From: a virus
Virus record (IMG/VR): IMGVR_UViG_3300042691_021876
Location: 1 to 64,000 of that record
Direction: 5' to 3' (one strand)
Length of the DNA stretch: 64,000 nt
In this document: positions 7,905 to 16,239 of the stretch, piece by piece
Position numbering within the stretch: position 1 is the stretch's first letter
How the letters are laid out: each line of letters starts with the position of its first letter
Notes under the pieces: generated by a model
What the model was told of the DNA's origin: nothing
Database searches by the model: none
The model's input: the letters and a program-made list of their open reading frames with translations, nothing else
Program-made: the position numbers and the translations under genes

Positions 7905-9212
7905 TTAATTACTTAAAGGTGCTGGAATATGTGGATGTGCTTTATAATCGTTTAACATAAAGTCCTCGATTTCAAAACTATCAATTAAACCGTTCATACC
8001 TTCAGTATAAGTACCAGGACCCATACCGCAGCCTTCATCCGTTCCAGGATTCCAAAACTCGGTATTCATTATAAGTTTTGGTAAAGGGTATGGAGTTCTT
8101 GAACGTTGAAGTATAGTTTCAAGTAAATCTCGTTCAGCCTGTCTTGCAGCAGCAGCCTCTCCATAGTTTTGTTTATTGATTTCGTCTATCTTTATTTTAC
8201 GAAGTCTTTTTAATTCAGGGTAGGTTTCTTCTAATTCTTCATCAGTATATTCTTTGCCAATTTGTTCTTTAGCTTGGTCTATATGATTTAAGTATAAGTG
8301 TGTATCTCCAAGATTTCCGATAAGTTGGTCGGGAACCATGTTTACGATTTCTCCAATGATACTTAAAAGCAATCCGTAAGATGCAATGTTAAAAGGCAAT
8401 CCAAGGAATGTATCAACACTTCTCTGATTCCACATTAAAGATACTGCTCTAGTAGGAATACGTAATTCATCACAATGCATGTAATTAATTGTGGTTCCTA
8501 ATTTCCATAACCCTCTTTCTGAACCATAATCAACTCTTTCCTTTAAAGTCAATTCACGAGTATATAATTGAAAGTCTGTATGACAAGGCGGCAAAGTCAT
8601 ATGATGTAATTCACCAACATTCCAAGCACTTACTCGGTTTCTTCGAGAGTCCGGATCTGTTTTTAGTAAATCTATTGCATCTTGAAATTGGTCAATGTAT
8701 CTTGAACCTGCAATATCTAAAGATTCTCCAAAGCTATCTTTTAGAGTTGACGGTATTCCTTCACCAACTCTCCAAGATCTCCACTGTGCTCCATAAATAG
8801 GGCCAAGACTGCCATACCTTTTATTAAAGTTATCGTCAGTCATAATCTTTTCTTCAAATTCTTTATGAGTTAAGCGAAGAGGATACGGTCCACTGAACGG
8901 TGGGTGTTCACAGTCAAAATCTTTATCATAAACCTTGTAAGCATCACCGGTCCAAATATGACAACCATTTTCTAATAAGTATCGTAAATCAGTACGTCCT
9001 TGTAAGAACCATAATAATTCTGTTACGATTAATTTCCAAGGAAGCTTTTTTGTTGTAAGTATTGGAAATCCTTCTTTCATATTGTGACGAACTGTATAAC
9101 CAAAAATACTTTTAGTTCCCGTTCCCGTTCGGTCTTCTTTTTCTACACCGTGTTCTAATATAGTTTTTAATAAGTCAGTGTATTGCTTATCTAACGTATT
9201 TAGTTTATTCAT
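7905..9212 (-). CDS. thyA: thymidylate synthase with insertions
   Basis: DRTGTGT, ELLWFL, LGPIYGAQWR, LPPCH, QRSVDTFLGLPFNIASY, DTHLYLNH. Confidence 0.95.
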   Translation of the reverse strand: MNKLNTLDKQYTDLLKTILEHGVEKEDRTGTGTKSIFGYTVRHNMKEGFPILTTKKLPWKLIVTELLWFLQGRTDLRYLLENGCHIWTGDAYKVYDKDFDCEHPPFSGPYPLRLTHKEFEEKIMTDDNFNKRYGSLGPIYGAQWRSWRVGEGIPSTLKDSFGESLDIAGSRYIDQFQDAIDLLKTDPDSRRNRVSAWNVGELHHMTLPPCHTDFQLYTRELTLKERVDYGSERGLWKLGTTINYMHCDELRIPTRAVSLMWNQRSVDTFLGLPFNIASYGLLLSIIGEIVNMVPDQLIGNLGDTHLYLNHIDQAKEQIGKEYTDEELEETYPELKRLRKIKIDEINKQNYGEAAAARQAERDLLETILQRSRTPYPLPKLIMNTEFWNPGTDEGCGMGPGTYTEGMNGLIDSFEIEDFMLNDYKAHPHIPAPLSN

Positions 9213-9565
9213 ATATATGTTTGTATCAAGTCAATGATTATAATAGACAGCTTGTAACCTGTAAATGCTCCTAATGCAGATGGAATAGGAAACACAATTA
9301 ATTGTCCTAATTCAGTTACATACTTTGGACGGTTCACTATTCTTCCCATAAAGAAGTAATAGACTATATAACCGCCAAGAACAGCAATATCTGTTCGGGT
9401 TGCTATAAAGACAACAAGAATTGCTCCAAGGAATCCAAATATAAAGTTGTCGCGAATACCTTCCCAAATCTCTTGAGCAGTAGCGTCTTTATATTCTTTC
9501 TTTATCCTACGGTGCAATTTATGTTTCTTAATTGAATTTGTTCCGAAGTCAGTGTGTTCACTCAA
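9209..9565 (-). CDS. membrane protein
   Basis: 118 aa, about 3 hydrophobic helices. Confidence 0.65.
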   Translation of the reverse strand: MSEHTDFGTNSIKKHKLHRRIKKEYKDATAQEIWEGIRDNFIFGFLGAILVVFIATRTDIAVLGGYIVYYFFMGRIVNRPKYVTELGQLIVFPIPSALGAFTGYKLSIIIIDLIQTYI

Positions 9566-9846
9566 AACTTATTTACTTTTAGTTCCAAAAATTCTTGTAG
9601 CTTTACACTTGTTGGTTTTGCTCCTGGGTGCTCTTCAGTATAACGGTATGTTTTATTATAACTTGTAGTCACAGCGATATCACCTTCAAGAAATTCAGCT
9701 AGTTCTAAAGAATCCCATTCAGCAATAATTTCATGATGATCGTCAACGATTGTGTAATGGTCGTTAGGTAATTTGTAAGCACGTACCACATCGCCTTCAA
9801 AATTGATAAGACCTAAGTACGGATAGTTTCTATTTGCAAATTTCAT
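9562..9846 (-). CDS. hypothetical protein
   Basis: 94-aa ORF. Confidence 0.6.
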   Translation of the reverse strand: MKFANRNYPYLGLINFEGDVVRAYKLPNDHYTIVDDHHEIIAEWDSLELAEFLEGDIAVTTSYNKTYRYTEEHPGAKPTSVKLQEFLELKVNKF

Positions 9847-9847
9847 A

Positions 9848-10090
9848 TTAGTGAATTTTAATAGTTGAGTATTCTTTAATTGTCAAGAATCTTTTGTCCG
9901 CTCTGTAATAGCCTTCCAATACTAATTCAAGCAAATCTTTTTTGTTTTCAGCTGTGTAAATAAAACTTGCTTTACCAGCATCACCACCAAGAACATACCT
10001 AATGTAAGTCCACCCGAACCAAGCTTTACGTTGTATCATAAAGATATCATTGTGCTTGACGAATCTAATTTTTATAGTTTTTGTTTTCAT
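9848..10090 (-). CDS. hypothetical protein
   Basis: 80-aa ORF. Confidence 0.55.
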   Translation of the reverse strand: MKTKTIKIRFVKHNDIFMIQRKAWFGWTYIRYVLGGDAGKASFIYTAENKKDLLELVLEGYYRADKRFLTIKEYSTIKIH

Positions 10091-10093
10091 ATC

Positions 10094-10480
10094 TTATAGT
10101 TGTACTTGGAAACGGTCTTTCATTCTATCCAAAGCTTCTTGTGGAACTCCATGTTCATTAACACCGCCATGTCGGTTCTCAACAATTAATGAGAACACTG
10201 TATAACCCAATTCTTCAGCAAGAATGTAGTATGCTTCCATTTCCCATTCTTGAGTAAATGTGTTAGAAACAATAACTTTAGGTTCACCGGCTTTCATTGC
10301 GTCCATTACAGAATGTCTACACCAGTTGTGAGCATCTTTAAGTTTAGTTGCATCAAACTTGTATTTGCCGTTTTTCATAAAGAACATATCAGCCTCAAAG
10401 TGTGCACCGCCAATTTCTTTGGCTAAAGTAGATTTCCCAGCGCCTGGTAAGCCTCTTAATAAAAATAAATGTTTTTCCAT
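10094..10480 (-). CDS. P-loop kinase (AAA_33, polynucleotide-kinase-like)
   Basis: LLRGLPGAGKSTLA, EADMFF, VSNTF, HGVP. Confidence 0.85.
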   Translation of the reverse strand: MEKHLFLLRGLPGAGKSTLAKEIGGAHFEADMFFMKNGKYKFDATKLKDAHNWCRHSVMDAMKAGEPKVIVSNTFTQEWEMEAYYILAEELGYTVFSLIVENRHGGVNEHGVPQEALDRMKDRFQVQL

Positions 10481-10495
10481 AGTTAATTATTATAT

Positions 10496-10556
10496 GTTAA
10501 AATTAACCAATAGTTTTCACAATGGCAAATTTAATCGTATGAAGTTATTAACAACT
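10496..10556 (-). promoter_or_regulatory. class I promoter with TTATTAACA box (10545-10553)
   Basis: TGTTAATAA-N15-TTTG-N20-TAATTTTA. Confidence 0.8.
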
Positions 10557-10927
10557 TACACAAGGTTTTCTAAATTCCAAGGATCCATTTGATTATAGTA
10601 ATCGTGTAGACGTTCTAACCATTTCAGCTGTGTTTCAGTATATGTTTCTGTAATGTGATCCCAATCTCTAAGTAATCCAGCCTCATCAGCAAGACCATCT
10701 TCAACTTCAGCAGGAACTACATAATCCGGGTTTTCATAAAACTTGTCCATTTCCAATTCCACTAAAGATTTCTCCAAGTCTATTAAAGTTCTATGATCTT
10801 TTACGTAATCATAATCTTCATCATTAAATATAATTCTCCATGTTTCACCTGTGGGATGGTTATACAGTCTTTCATATTCTGTATGTGTTACCAATGTAAT
10901 AATGTTTTCTTCTCTGTAAATACTCAT
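10556..10927 (-). CDS. acidic hypothetical protein
   Basis: 123-aa ORF. Confidence 0.6.
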   Translation of the reverse strand: MSIYREENIITLVTHTEYERLYNHPTGETWRIIFNDEDYDYVKDHRTLIDLEKSLVELEMDKFYENPDYVVPAEVEDGLADEAGLLRDWDHITETYTETQLKWLERLHDYYNQMDPWNLENLV

Positions 10928-10937
10928 AATAAAAATT

Positions 10938-11543
10938 TTAATTTGTGTCTAAACTATCTGGGTAATAAAGTAATGTTGGATTCTTCTTTTGTATATCAAT
11001 GTCAGGATATTTCTCACTAAAAGTTTTAACATCAAATCTTTCCGTAATTAAATGAAATCCATTTTTAGTTGGAATAGTAGTTACAACTTTATTTCCAGCG
11101 GGTCTAAGTTCATCAATAAAATTACCAACTGACACTAACGTTTTAAAATCCTTTGTATCGATGTCAACAATCCATCTCTTCTCTTGGGTTTTGATTTGAC
11201 CAACAACAGAATCAAATAAACCCTTTTGATTATTATTCCCATCTTGAATTCTTTGTGCTAAAGCAACCATCATATTTAAAGAAACGTCAAAGTGATTCTG
11301 CTTCTGAACATGAATATACGCGCGCGCTTTAAACATTTCACACAGTTGAATAACTTCATTATAACGTTTTTCTAAATGCTCAACACTTTCAATACAGTAA
11401 GTTTTAATTGTTCTTACAGACTGATGTTTATCTCGTTCACCAACAGGCTGATCTTTTTTACGCTTAAATACATAAAGCATATAGAAGTCACCAGGCTTTT
11501 CAAAATTTAAAAGTCCTTTGATTTGTTCAATGTTGTTTATCAT
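10938..11543 (-). CDS. conserved phage protein, possible AEP/primase-like fold
   Basis: WIVDID (DxD) and TKNGFHLI motifs resemble AEP motifs I and II. Confidence 0.5.
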   Translation of the reverse strand: MINNIEQIKGLLNFEKPGDFYMLYVFKRKKDQPVGERDKHQSVRTIKTYCIESVEHLEKRYNEVIQLCEMFKARAYIHVQKQNHFDVSLNMMVALAQRIQDGNNNQKGLFDSVVGQIKTQEKRWIVDIDTKDFKTLVSVGNFIDELRPAGNKVVTTIPTKNGFHLITERFDVKTFSEKYPDIDIQKKNPTLLYYPDSLDTN

Positions 11544-11550
11544 AATTCCT

Positions 11551-12024
11551 TTATTTTCCTAACATATCTTTATCAGATATTATAAGTGGGTTATCTTTTC
11601 TAAAGAAGTTTACCACTTCTTTAACCTTTTCGTTTGTAGTCCAAACAATACTATGTTCAGATTGCGGATTATACTCACCTTCTACAAGATATGCAACAAT
11701 TGTATTAGGTTCTAGTGTTAAGAACCCATGTGCTTTATCATTTGGAATTAACACGGCATCATCGGATCCTATAGCAAGAAATTCAGCGTCTCCTGTTTTT
11801 AAGTCAACTGCAAAATCAACGATTGAACCTTGAATAACTTTAATGTATTTTGTTTGCGGTGGATCTGTTTGATAATGAAGACCTCTAAATGTATATGCCT
11901 GTTCATTAATACTAATTGAACATTGGTCCCATGACAAGTCTAATTGATTTGTTAGTATTGGTGTATAAGAACCCCGGTTATCTTTAAATGTTTTATGTTC
12001 TATTCTTTCCATCTTATTCTTCAA
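11551..12024 (-). CDS. rmlC: dTDP-4-dehydrorhamnose 3,5-epimerase
   Basis: FKDNRG, FRGLHYQ, QTKYIKVIQGSIVDFAVDL, AHGFLTL, ISDKD. Confidence 0.9.
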   Translation of the reverse strand: MKNKMERIEHKTFKDNRGSYTPILTNQLDLSWDQCSISINEQAYTFRGLHYQTDPPQTKYIKVIQGSIVDFAVDLKTGDAEFLAIGSDDAVLIPNDKAHGFLTLEPNTIVAYLVEGEYNPQSEHSIVWTTNEKVKEVVNFFRKDNPLIISDKDMLGK

Positions 12025-12241
12025 AATGTTCTAAACTTGTTATGGTGTAACGGTCACCTGAGTATGCACCAACATTTTTTAATAGTTCTTCGTAACCATT
12101 CCAATCACCTTCTAAAGAATAATGGTATTCATTGCCGATGTCAGGTGTCATCATTCTTAATAAAATGTTATTTCTTGTTAGATCTTTTTCAAAATCCATT
12201 TTCTGCTCATCGGTAGCAATTATAGTTACAAAGATTTCCAT
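12014..12241 (-). CDS. hypothetical protein
   Basis: 75-aa ORF. Confidence 0.55.
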   Translation of the reverse strand: MEIFVTIIATDEQKMDFEKDLTRNNILLRMMTPDIGNEYHYSLEGDWNGYEELLKNVGAYSGDRYTITSLEHFEE

Positions 12242-12244
12242 TAA

Positions 12245-12823
12245 TTATTCATTTTCGTTATCGTTGTAGTAATCTTCATTATCGTCTGCTTGACGTAATG
12301 CTTTTACCACAGGGTCAAGATCTTCATCTTCATCTTCAGGATTTTCATCAAGATCATCATTTTCAAATGTATCATCATCAACGATTATTTCGTCTTCATC
12401 AATCTCATCATCAATAGATTCAAACTCATCAACCACAACCGGTTCAATATCCTCAAGAGCTTCAAGAGCTTCAAGTTTAAATTTGTTTGCTTTCTTGATG
12501 CGGAACTCAGCAGCCATATCATAAGGGACCTGTTCACCAGTTACAAGATTACGATAATTTGTAAATCCTAAAGCCTCGGCAACTATTTTGCTATCAGCAT
12601 AAGCATAACTTGTTTCTTTGCCTACTTCTTTAAGTAAGATGTTTTTCTTGAATCCAATAATGTCCCAGATACCTGCAATGGTATAATCAAAATCATCAAT
12701 AGTAACTTTCTTGCCAAGGTCTTCAGCAATCGTATAAGATGAGTGAATAAATTTTGCGTGTTCTTTAACATAAAGTTTTCTGCAAGTTTCTGCAGATTGC
12801 GGTTGTAATGAAATGTGTTTCAT
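12245..12823 (-). CDS. hypothetical protein with long acidic C-terminal tail
   Basis: last ~65 aa dominated by D/E. Confidence 0.7.
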   Translation of the reverse strand: MKHISLQPQSAETCRKLYVKEHAKFIHSSYTIAEDLGKKVTIDDFDYTIAGIWDIIGFKKNILLKEVGKETSYAYADSKIVAEALGFTNYRNLVTGEQVPYDMAAEFRIKKANKFKLEALEALEDIEPVVVDEFESIDDEIDEDEIIVDDDTFENDDLDENPEDEDEDLDPVVKALRQADDNEDYYNDNENE

Positions 12824-12827
12824 AGGT

Positions 12828-13109
12828 TTATTTAAGTCTGTTTAGTATTCTTGATTGAAGTTCGGCTATTCTTTTATCAAATTTGATTGCGTCTTCAATA
12901 GCGGTTGACGCATGTATTACTGAACCATGTTGAACTCGGTTATGTGCAGCTGCAATTTTTTGTAAAGATGCACCAGAATACCAGCGGCAAGCCCACATAC
13001 TCAAATGTCGAGCTAAAACTCTATCTTGACGACGAGATTGACTAATGATATCCTTAGCAGAGATTCCTGATTCCTCAGCAACGATTTTAATGATTTGGTC
13101 TATATTCAT
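12828..13109 (-). CDS. stand-alone DnaA C-terminal DNA-binding domain (domain IV, Bac_DnaA_C)
   Basis: IDQIIKIVAEESGISAKDIISQSRRQDRVLARHLSMW...SLQKIA...RVQHGSVIHA aligns with DnaA domain IV (basic loop, helix-turn-helix, RDHTTVxHA signature). Confidence 0.85.
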   Translation of the reverse strand: MNIDQIIKIVAEESGISAKDIISQSRRQDRVLARHLSMWACRWYSGASLQKIAAAHNRVQHGSVIHASTAIEDAIKFDKRIAELQSRILNRLK

Positions 13110-13130
13110 AATGATTAATTTATTAGAATG

Positions 13131-13158
13131 GTTGTATACTTCAACTTTTAATTAGTTC
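13131..13158 (-). promoter_or_regulatory. class II promoter for the mini-DnaA operon
   Basis: GAAC-N18-TACAAC (variant -10). Confidence 0.55.
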
Positions 13159-13356
13159 TTATTTTGTTGCAGGTTTTTCAAAAGAAAATACTACAAGCAT
13201 AAACCCCATGACAGAGGATAAAGCAAGAAAAGCAAATTCATTTTTACCGCCAGCAAAGTGGATGTAATTTTGAACAGTTCCAGTAGCAGTAAAATAAGCT
13301 AAAGTTAAAAATAAGATACCTAATAGCAAATGTTTAATAGAGATTGTAACTTTCAT
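13159..13356 (-). CDS. small membrane protein
   Basis: 65 aa, two hydrophobic helices. Confidence 0.6.
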   Translation of the reverse strand: MKVTISIKHLLLGILFLTLAYFTATGTVQNYIHFAGGKNEFAFLALSSVMGFMLVVFSFEKPATK

Positions 13357-13370
13357 AATTAAATTGTGTT

Positions 13371-13446
13371 TGATTAATATTGATAGTTAAAATTAACCAA
13401 TTAGAAGAAGCAAAGCAAATTCTAAATGTTAAATTTTTGTTAAACT
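13371..13446 (-). promoter_or_regulatory. class I promoter cassette, tandem TTTAACA type
   Basis: near-identical to 201-277. Confidence 0.8.
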
Positions 13447-13614
13447 TTACTTTTTCAATACAAAGCAAAATTCACCTTTAATTGATGACGTTAAACTTGA
13501 TGCTGTAGAAACAGCCACATGTTGAGCTGTTACTGAAACCACAAACCATCCAGCGGCAAGCATTTCATTAATAACAGATTCGTCTTTTGTAATAATTACT
13601 TTATGTTCGTACAT
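13447..13614 (-). CDS. small hypothetical protein (55 aa)
   Basis: MYEHKVIITKDESVINEMLAAGWFVVSV...; below the ORF-track cutoff. Confidence 0.6.
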   Translation of the reverse strand: MYEHKVIITKDESVINEMLAAGWFVVSVTAQHVAVSTASSLTSSIKGEFCFVLKK

Positions 13615-13631
13615 ATGATTTGATTTAGTTG

Positions 13632-13778
13632 TTAACGATCAGCTAATCTTTTGAAAACATCAATGTGCTCCATGATCTTTTCGTTTAAAGATTTCATTTT
13701 GTCATCCAAGAATTTTTTGTAATCCGCTTCAGTAGCAAATCCCATTTTCTTCCAGTCCATTTTTGTTTCTTGAGTCAT
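13632..13778 (-). CDS. small hypothetical protein (48 aa)
   Basis: MTQETKMDWKKMGF...VFKRLADR; fills the gap between neighbours. Confidence 0.55.
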   Translation of the reverse strand: MTQETKMDWKKMGFATEADYKKFLDDKMKSLNEKIMEHIDVFKRLADR

Positions 13779-13780
13779 GA

Positions 13781-14191
13781 TTATTTTCTTTTTCTTTGGT
13801 TATATTGCTCAGCAATTCTTTTACGAGATTCTGTAAAGTAGTCAGTATTTCCGTTAGACCATGCAGGGTACGCAGACCAAGATCCGTTTCTTAAATAAAC
13901 CAAAACCGTATCAAACGGAACTCCGTCAATATCGTAATAAGAACCATTTTGGCATTGACGAGTTTTAACACTTTCACGAATCAATTTTTTAATCTGCGGT
14001 AACGTATCTTTACGATGATCTACATAATCAGTGTAACCGGCTAAAGCATTTGCGGGTGTATAACAACTCAATATAAAATCAAGTTCAGTATTACCTTCAG
14101 TTTTATCTACTATTATAGTAGTAGCTTTGCGATTAAGAACAGTTACTCTTGTTTGTGTAATTGTTTTGTAAAAGAATTTATCGTCTGCCAT
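13781..14191 (-). CDS. hypothetical early protein
   Basis: 136-aa ORF directly after a class I promoter. Confidence 0.65.
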   Translation of the reverse strand: MADDKFFYKTITQTRVTVLNRKATTIIVDKTEGNTELDFILSCYTPANALAGYTDYVDHRKDTLPQIKKLIRESVKTRQCQNGSYYDIDGVPFDTVLVYLRNGSWSAYPAWSNGNTDYFTESRKRIAEQYNQRKRK

Positions 14192-14212
14192 AATAATGTT
14201 GTTTTTAATTAT

Positions 14213-14275
14213 AGAGCAAAATTAACCAAAATATAAACACAAAGCAAATTCTGAATGTTAAATTTTTGTTAAACT
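14213..14275 (-). promoter_or_regulatory. class I promoter cassette, tandem TTTAACA type
   Basis: tandem TTTAACA plus TTTG-N20-TAATTTTG. Confidence 0.8.
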
Positions 14276-14623
14276 TTAGATCTTATCCATTTTCTTTAAT
14301 AGTTCTCTACCGCTTTCAGTTGCAAAGAATACTTCGTCACCGTGTTCATCATCAATAGAACCAACGAATCCTTTCTTTTCAAGACTCATCATTCGTCCAT
14401 GAACTATGATTAACTTAAGCATTTTTTCAAACCATCCGTCTTCTTCAAAATTCATTTCACCATTAAGCCATTGTTCTAATAACATTGGTCCTGCAACTTT
14501 ACGAGTTGCTTCATAACCAAATTCTACAATGTCTTCATCAAAATAAAATCCGTCATCTACAAGACTTTCATAAATACCATTTAAGTATGTTTCAACTTCT
14601 TGGGGGTAAGTAGTATCAATCAT
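14276..14623 (-). CDS. hypothetical protein (possible winged helix at C-terminus)
   Basis: SLEKKGFV...FFATESG pattern. Confidence 0.6.
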   Translation of the reverse strand: MIDTTYPQEVETYLNGIYESLVDDGFYFDEDIVEFGYEATRKVAGPMLLEQWLNGEMNFEEDGWFEKMLKLIIVHGRMMSLEKKGFVGSIDDEHGDEVFFATESGRELLKKMDKI

Positions 14624-14844
14624 TATTTTTTAGTTAAAGATTCATACTTATTAATCATACTTCTCATGTTAAAGTATATGACGGTAAAAATACCAGCACC
14701 TACTGGGACAATCACCCAATCCATATCAGTTGGTTTATTAATTGACATGTACGTCATTGCAGCAGAGGCAACCCACATAAGTAATGCACACCAACCTGCT
14801 TGTGTTTTAAAATGTTTTGCTTCTTTTAATGTTTCTGGACTCAT
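14623..14844 (-). CDS. small membrane protein
   Basis: 73 aa, two hydrophobic helices. Confidence 0.6.
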   Translation of the reverse strand: MSPETLKEAKHFKTQAGWCALLMWVASAAMTYMSINKPTDMDWVIVPVGAGIFTVIYFNMRSMINKYESLTKK

Positions 14845-14862
14845 AAATTAATTGTTTTTTGA

Positions 14863-14928
14863 TTGATAGTTAAAATTAAACAAAAAATTCCAGAGTAGAA
14901 AACTCTGGAATCTAAAGTTTTTAACATC
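14863..14928 (-). promoter_or_regulatory. composite terminator + class I promoter with TTTTTAACA box
   Basis: hairpin TTCCAGAGT/ACTCTGGAA plus U-tract between the box (14918-14926) and the -7 element. Confidence 0.75.
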
Positions 14929-14929
14929 T

Positions 14930-16006
14930 TTACTTTTCTCCTAAAAGAAAGATGTTACTAATTGCTTTAAAAGAATACTTACGGTCAAGAGTACGGATTA
15001 CCACACCTTCACGATCTGTCTTATCGTGCAGAACAGATTTACCATCTGCATATTTGATTAATTCATCAATAGTCTCTGGTAAATGAAAGTGTGTATCAAG
15101 AACAGGCACCACTGGCAAATCCAATGTATGTTCAGCGGCGGCTAAGAACATCGGTAATCCAAAGTATTCTTGACTGTCAATGTCAAAGATATTATACAGT
15201 CTTAAAGTTTGTCCTTTAAGTTTATAAGGATTTCCTTGAATACCTTCACCAATAAGTTCACCTTGAATTGATAAGTTACGTCCTAGTTCTTTACACGCCT
15301 TTTCAAGTTTTTCTTTAATTTTCATTTCTTGGGCAACTTTCCAAAATGTGTTTTGCTGGCGTGGTCTTTCAATTCCATCCTCACACATTACCATACCTTC
15401 AACGAATGCTTCAGGTTCAGCTAGTTCAAGATTACGAGAGCACACTCCAAATTCACCGTCTTTCATGTAATATGTTGCAGAAGAACCGTCAAGTTTTTCT
15501 GTCACGTAGTATGTACGGGTTTTCATTTCAGCGTATTCTTTTGCTAAGTTTTGAACTCTTTCCTCATCAGTCTTTCTTATGAAGCTTGGGAAGTATCCTT
15601 TGGCAACTCCAGAAAGTTGAGCAGGCATTGGTGGTTCATATTTAACAATTCCTAATCTTTCAGTTACGTCAAGACCTTCATATGCAGTCCAACCAAAATC
15701 ACCAAAGATACTCATTGGTAAAATAAGTCCTTGAGAGACCTGTCCTCTTAAACGAATTGTTTTTAATCTGAACCCTTCTTGGCCACCCATTTTCTTGAAA
15801 GAACTTTTTCTTAAGAACTCAAATTCTTCACGAACTGGTAAGAAAGAGTCAATCTCGCAATAAACAACCATGTTGCCAATTTTGTGCCCAACATTTTTAG
15901 CCACTACAACTTTCCATCCGTTTACGATTGCAAGTTCAATCGCATCAGCACCTTCAATAGGTTGGATATCACTGATGATTTGCAAAGAAGCTAATTTCCT
16001 TTCCAT
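14930..16006 (-). CDS. RNA ligase, DRB0094 (Rnl5) family
   Basis: N-terminal OB-like PIEGADAIE...YCEIDSFLP...RLRGQVSQGL; KTDEERVQN, TEKLDGSS, GELIGEGIQGN, REGVV, SFKAIS. Confidence 0.9.
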   Translation of the reverse strand: MERKLASLQIISDIQPIEGADAIELAIVNGWKVVVAKNVGHKIGNMVVYCEIDSFLPVREEFEFLRKSSFKKMGGQEGFRLKTIRLRGQVSQGLILPMSIFGDFGWTAYEGLDVTERLGIVKYEPPMPAQLSGVAKGYFPSFIRKTDEERVQNLAKEYAEMKTRTYYVTEKLDGSSATYYMKDGEFGVCSRNLELAEPEAFVEGMVMCEDGIERPRQQNTFWKVAQEMKIKEKLEKACKELGRNLSIQGELIGEGIQGNPYKLKGQTLRLYNIFDIDSQEYFGLPMFLAAAEHTLDLPVVPVLDTHFHLPETIDELIKYADGKSVLHDKTDREGVVIRTLDRKYSFKAISNIFLLGEK

Positions 16007-16035
16007 TACTTTTGATTTTATAGTTTTGTAATTTA

Positions 16036-16155
16036 TTAATCGTCATCACCGCCATGTTCATAACAACGTTCACATATTGGTTTTGATTGAGTTCCCATGT
16101 TTTGACCGGAACCTACGTTTTCTACAGTTTTACCACAATAAGCGCATCTTGCCAT
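16036..16155 (-). CDS. 39-aa zinc-ribbon microprotein
   Basis: MARCAYCGK...PICERCYEHGGDDD: two CxxC pairs; first gene after a class I promoter. Confidence 0.6.
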   Translation of the reverse strand: MARCAYCGKTVENVGSGQNMGTQSKPICERCYEHGGDDD

Positions 16156-16177
16156 AAGATTTAGATTTATTATTAAA

Positions 16178-16239
16178 GTATAAAATTAAACAAAAAATCC
16201 CAGAGTAGCAAACTCTGGGACTATAAGTTATTAACAACT
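16178..16239 (-). promoter_or_regulatory. composite terminator + class I promoter with TTATTAACA box (16228-16236)
   Basis: hairpin TCCCAGAGT/ACTCTGGGA plus U-tract; homologous to 14863-14928. Confidence 0.75.

Noticed and set aside
7905-9212. Intein or intron in ThyA (also considered for TerL, sheath and ligases)
   Set aside because: Reading frames are uninterrupted; inserts lack intein splice-junction residues and homing-endonuclease motifs.
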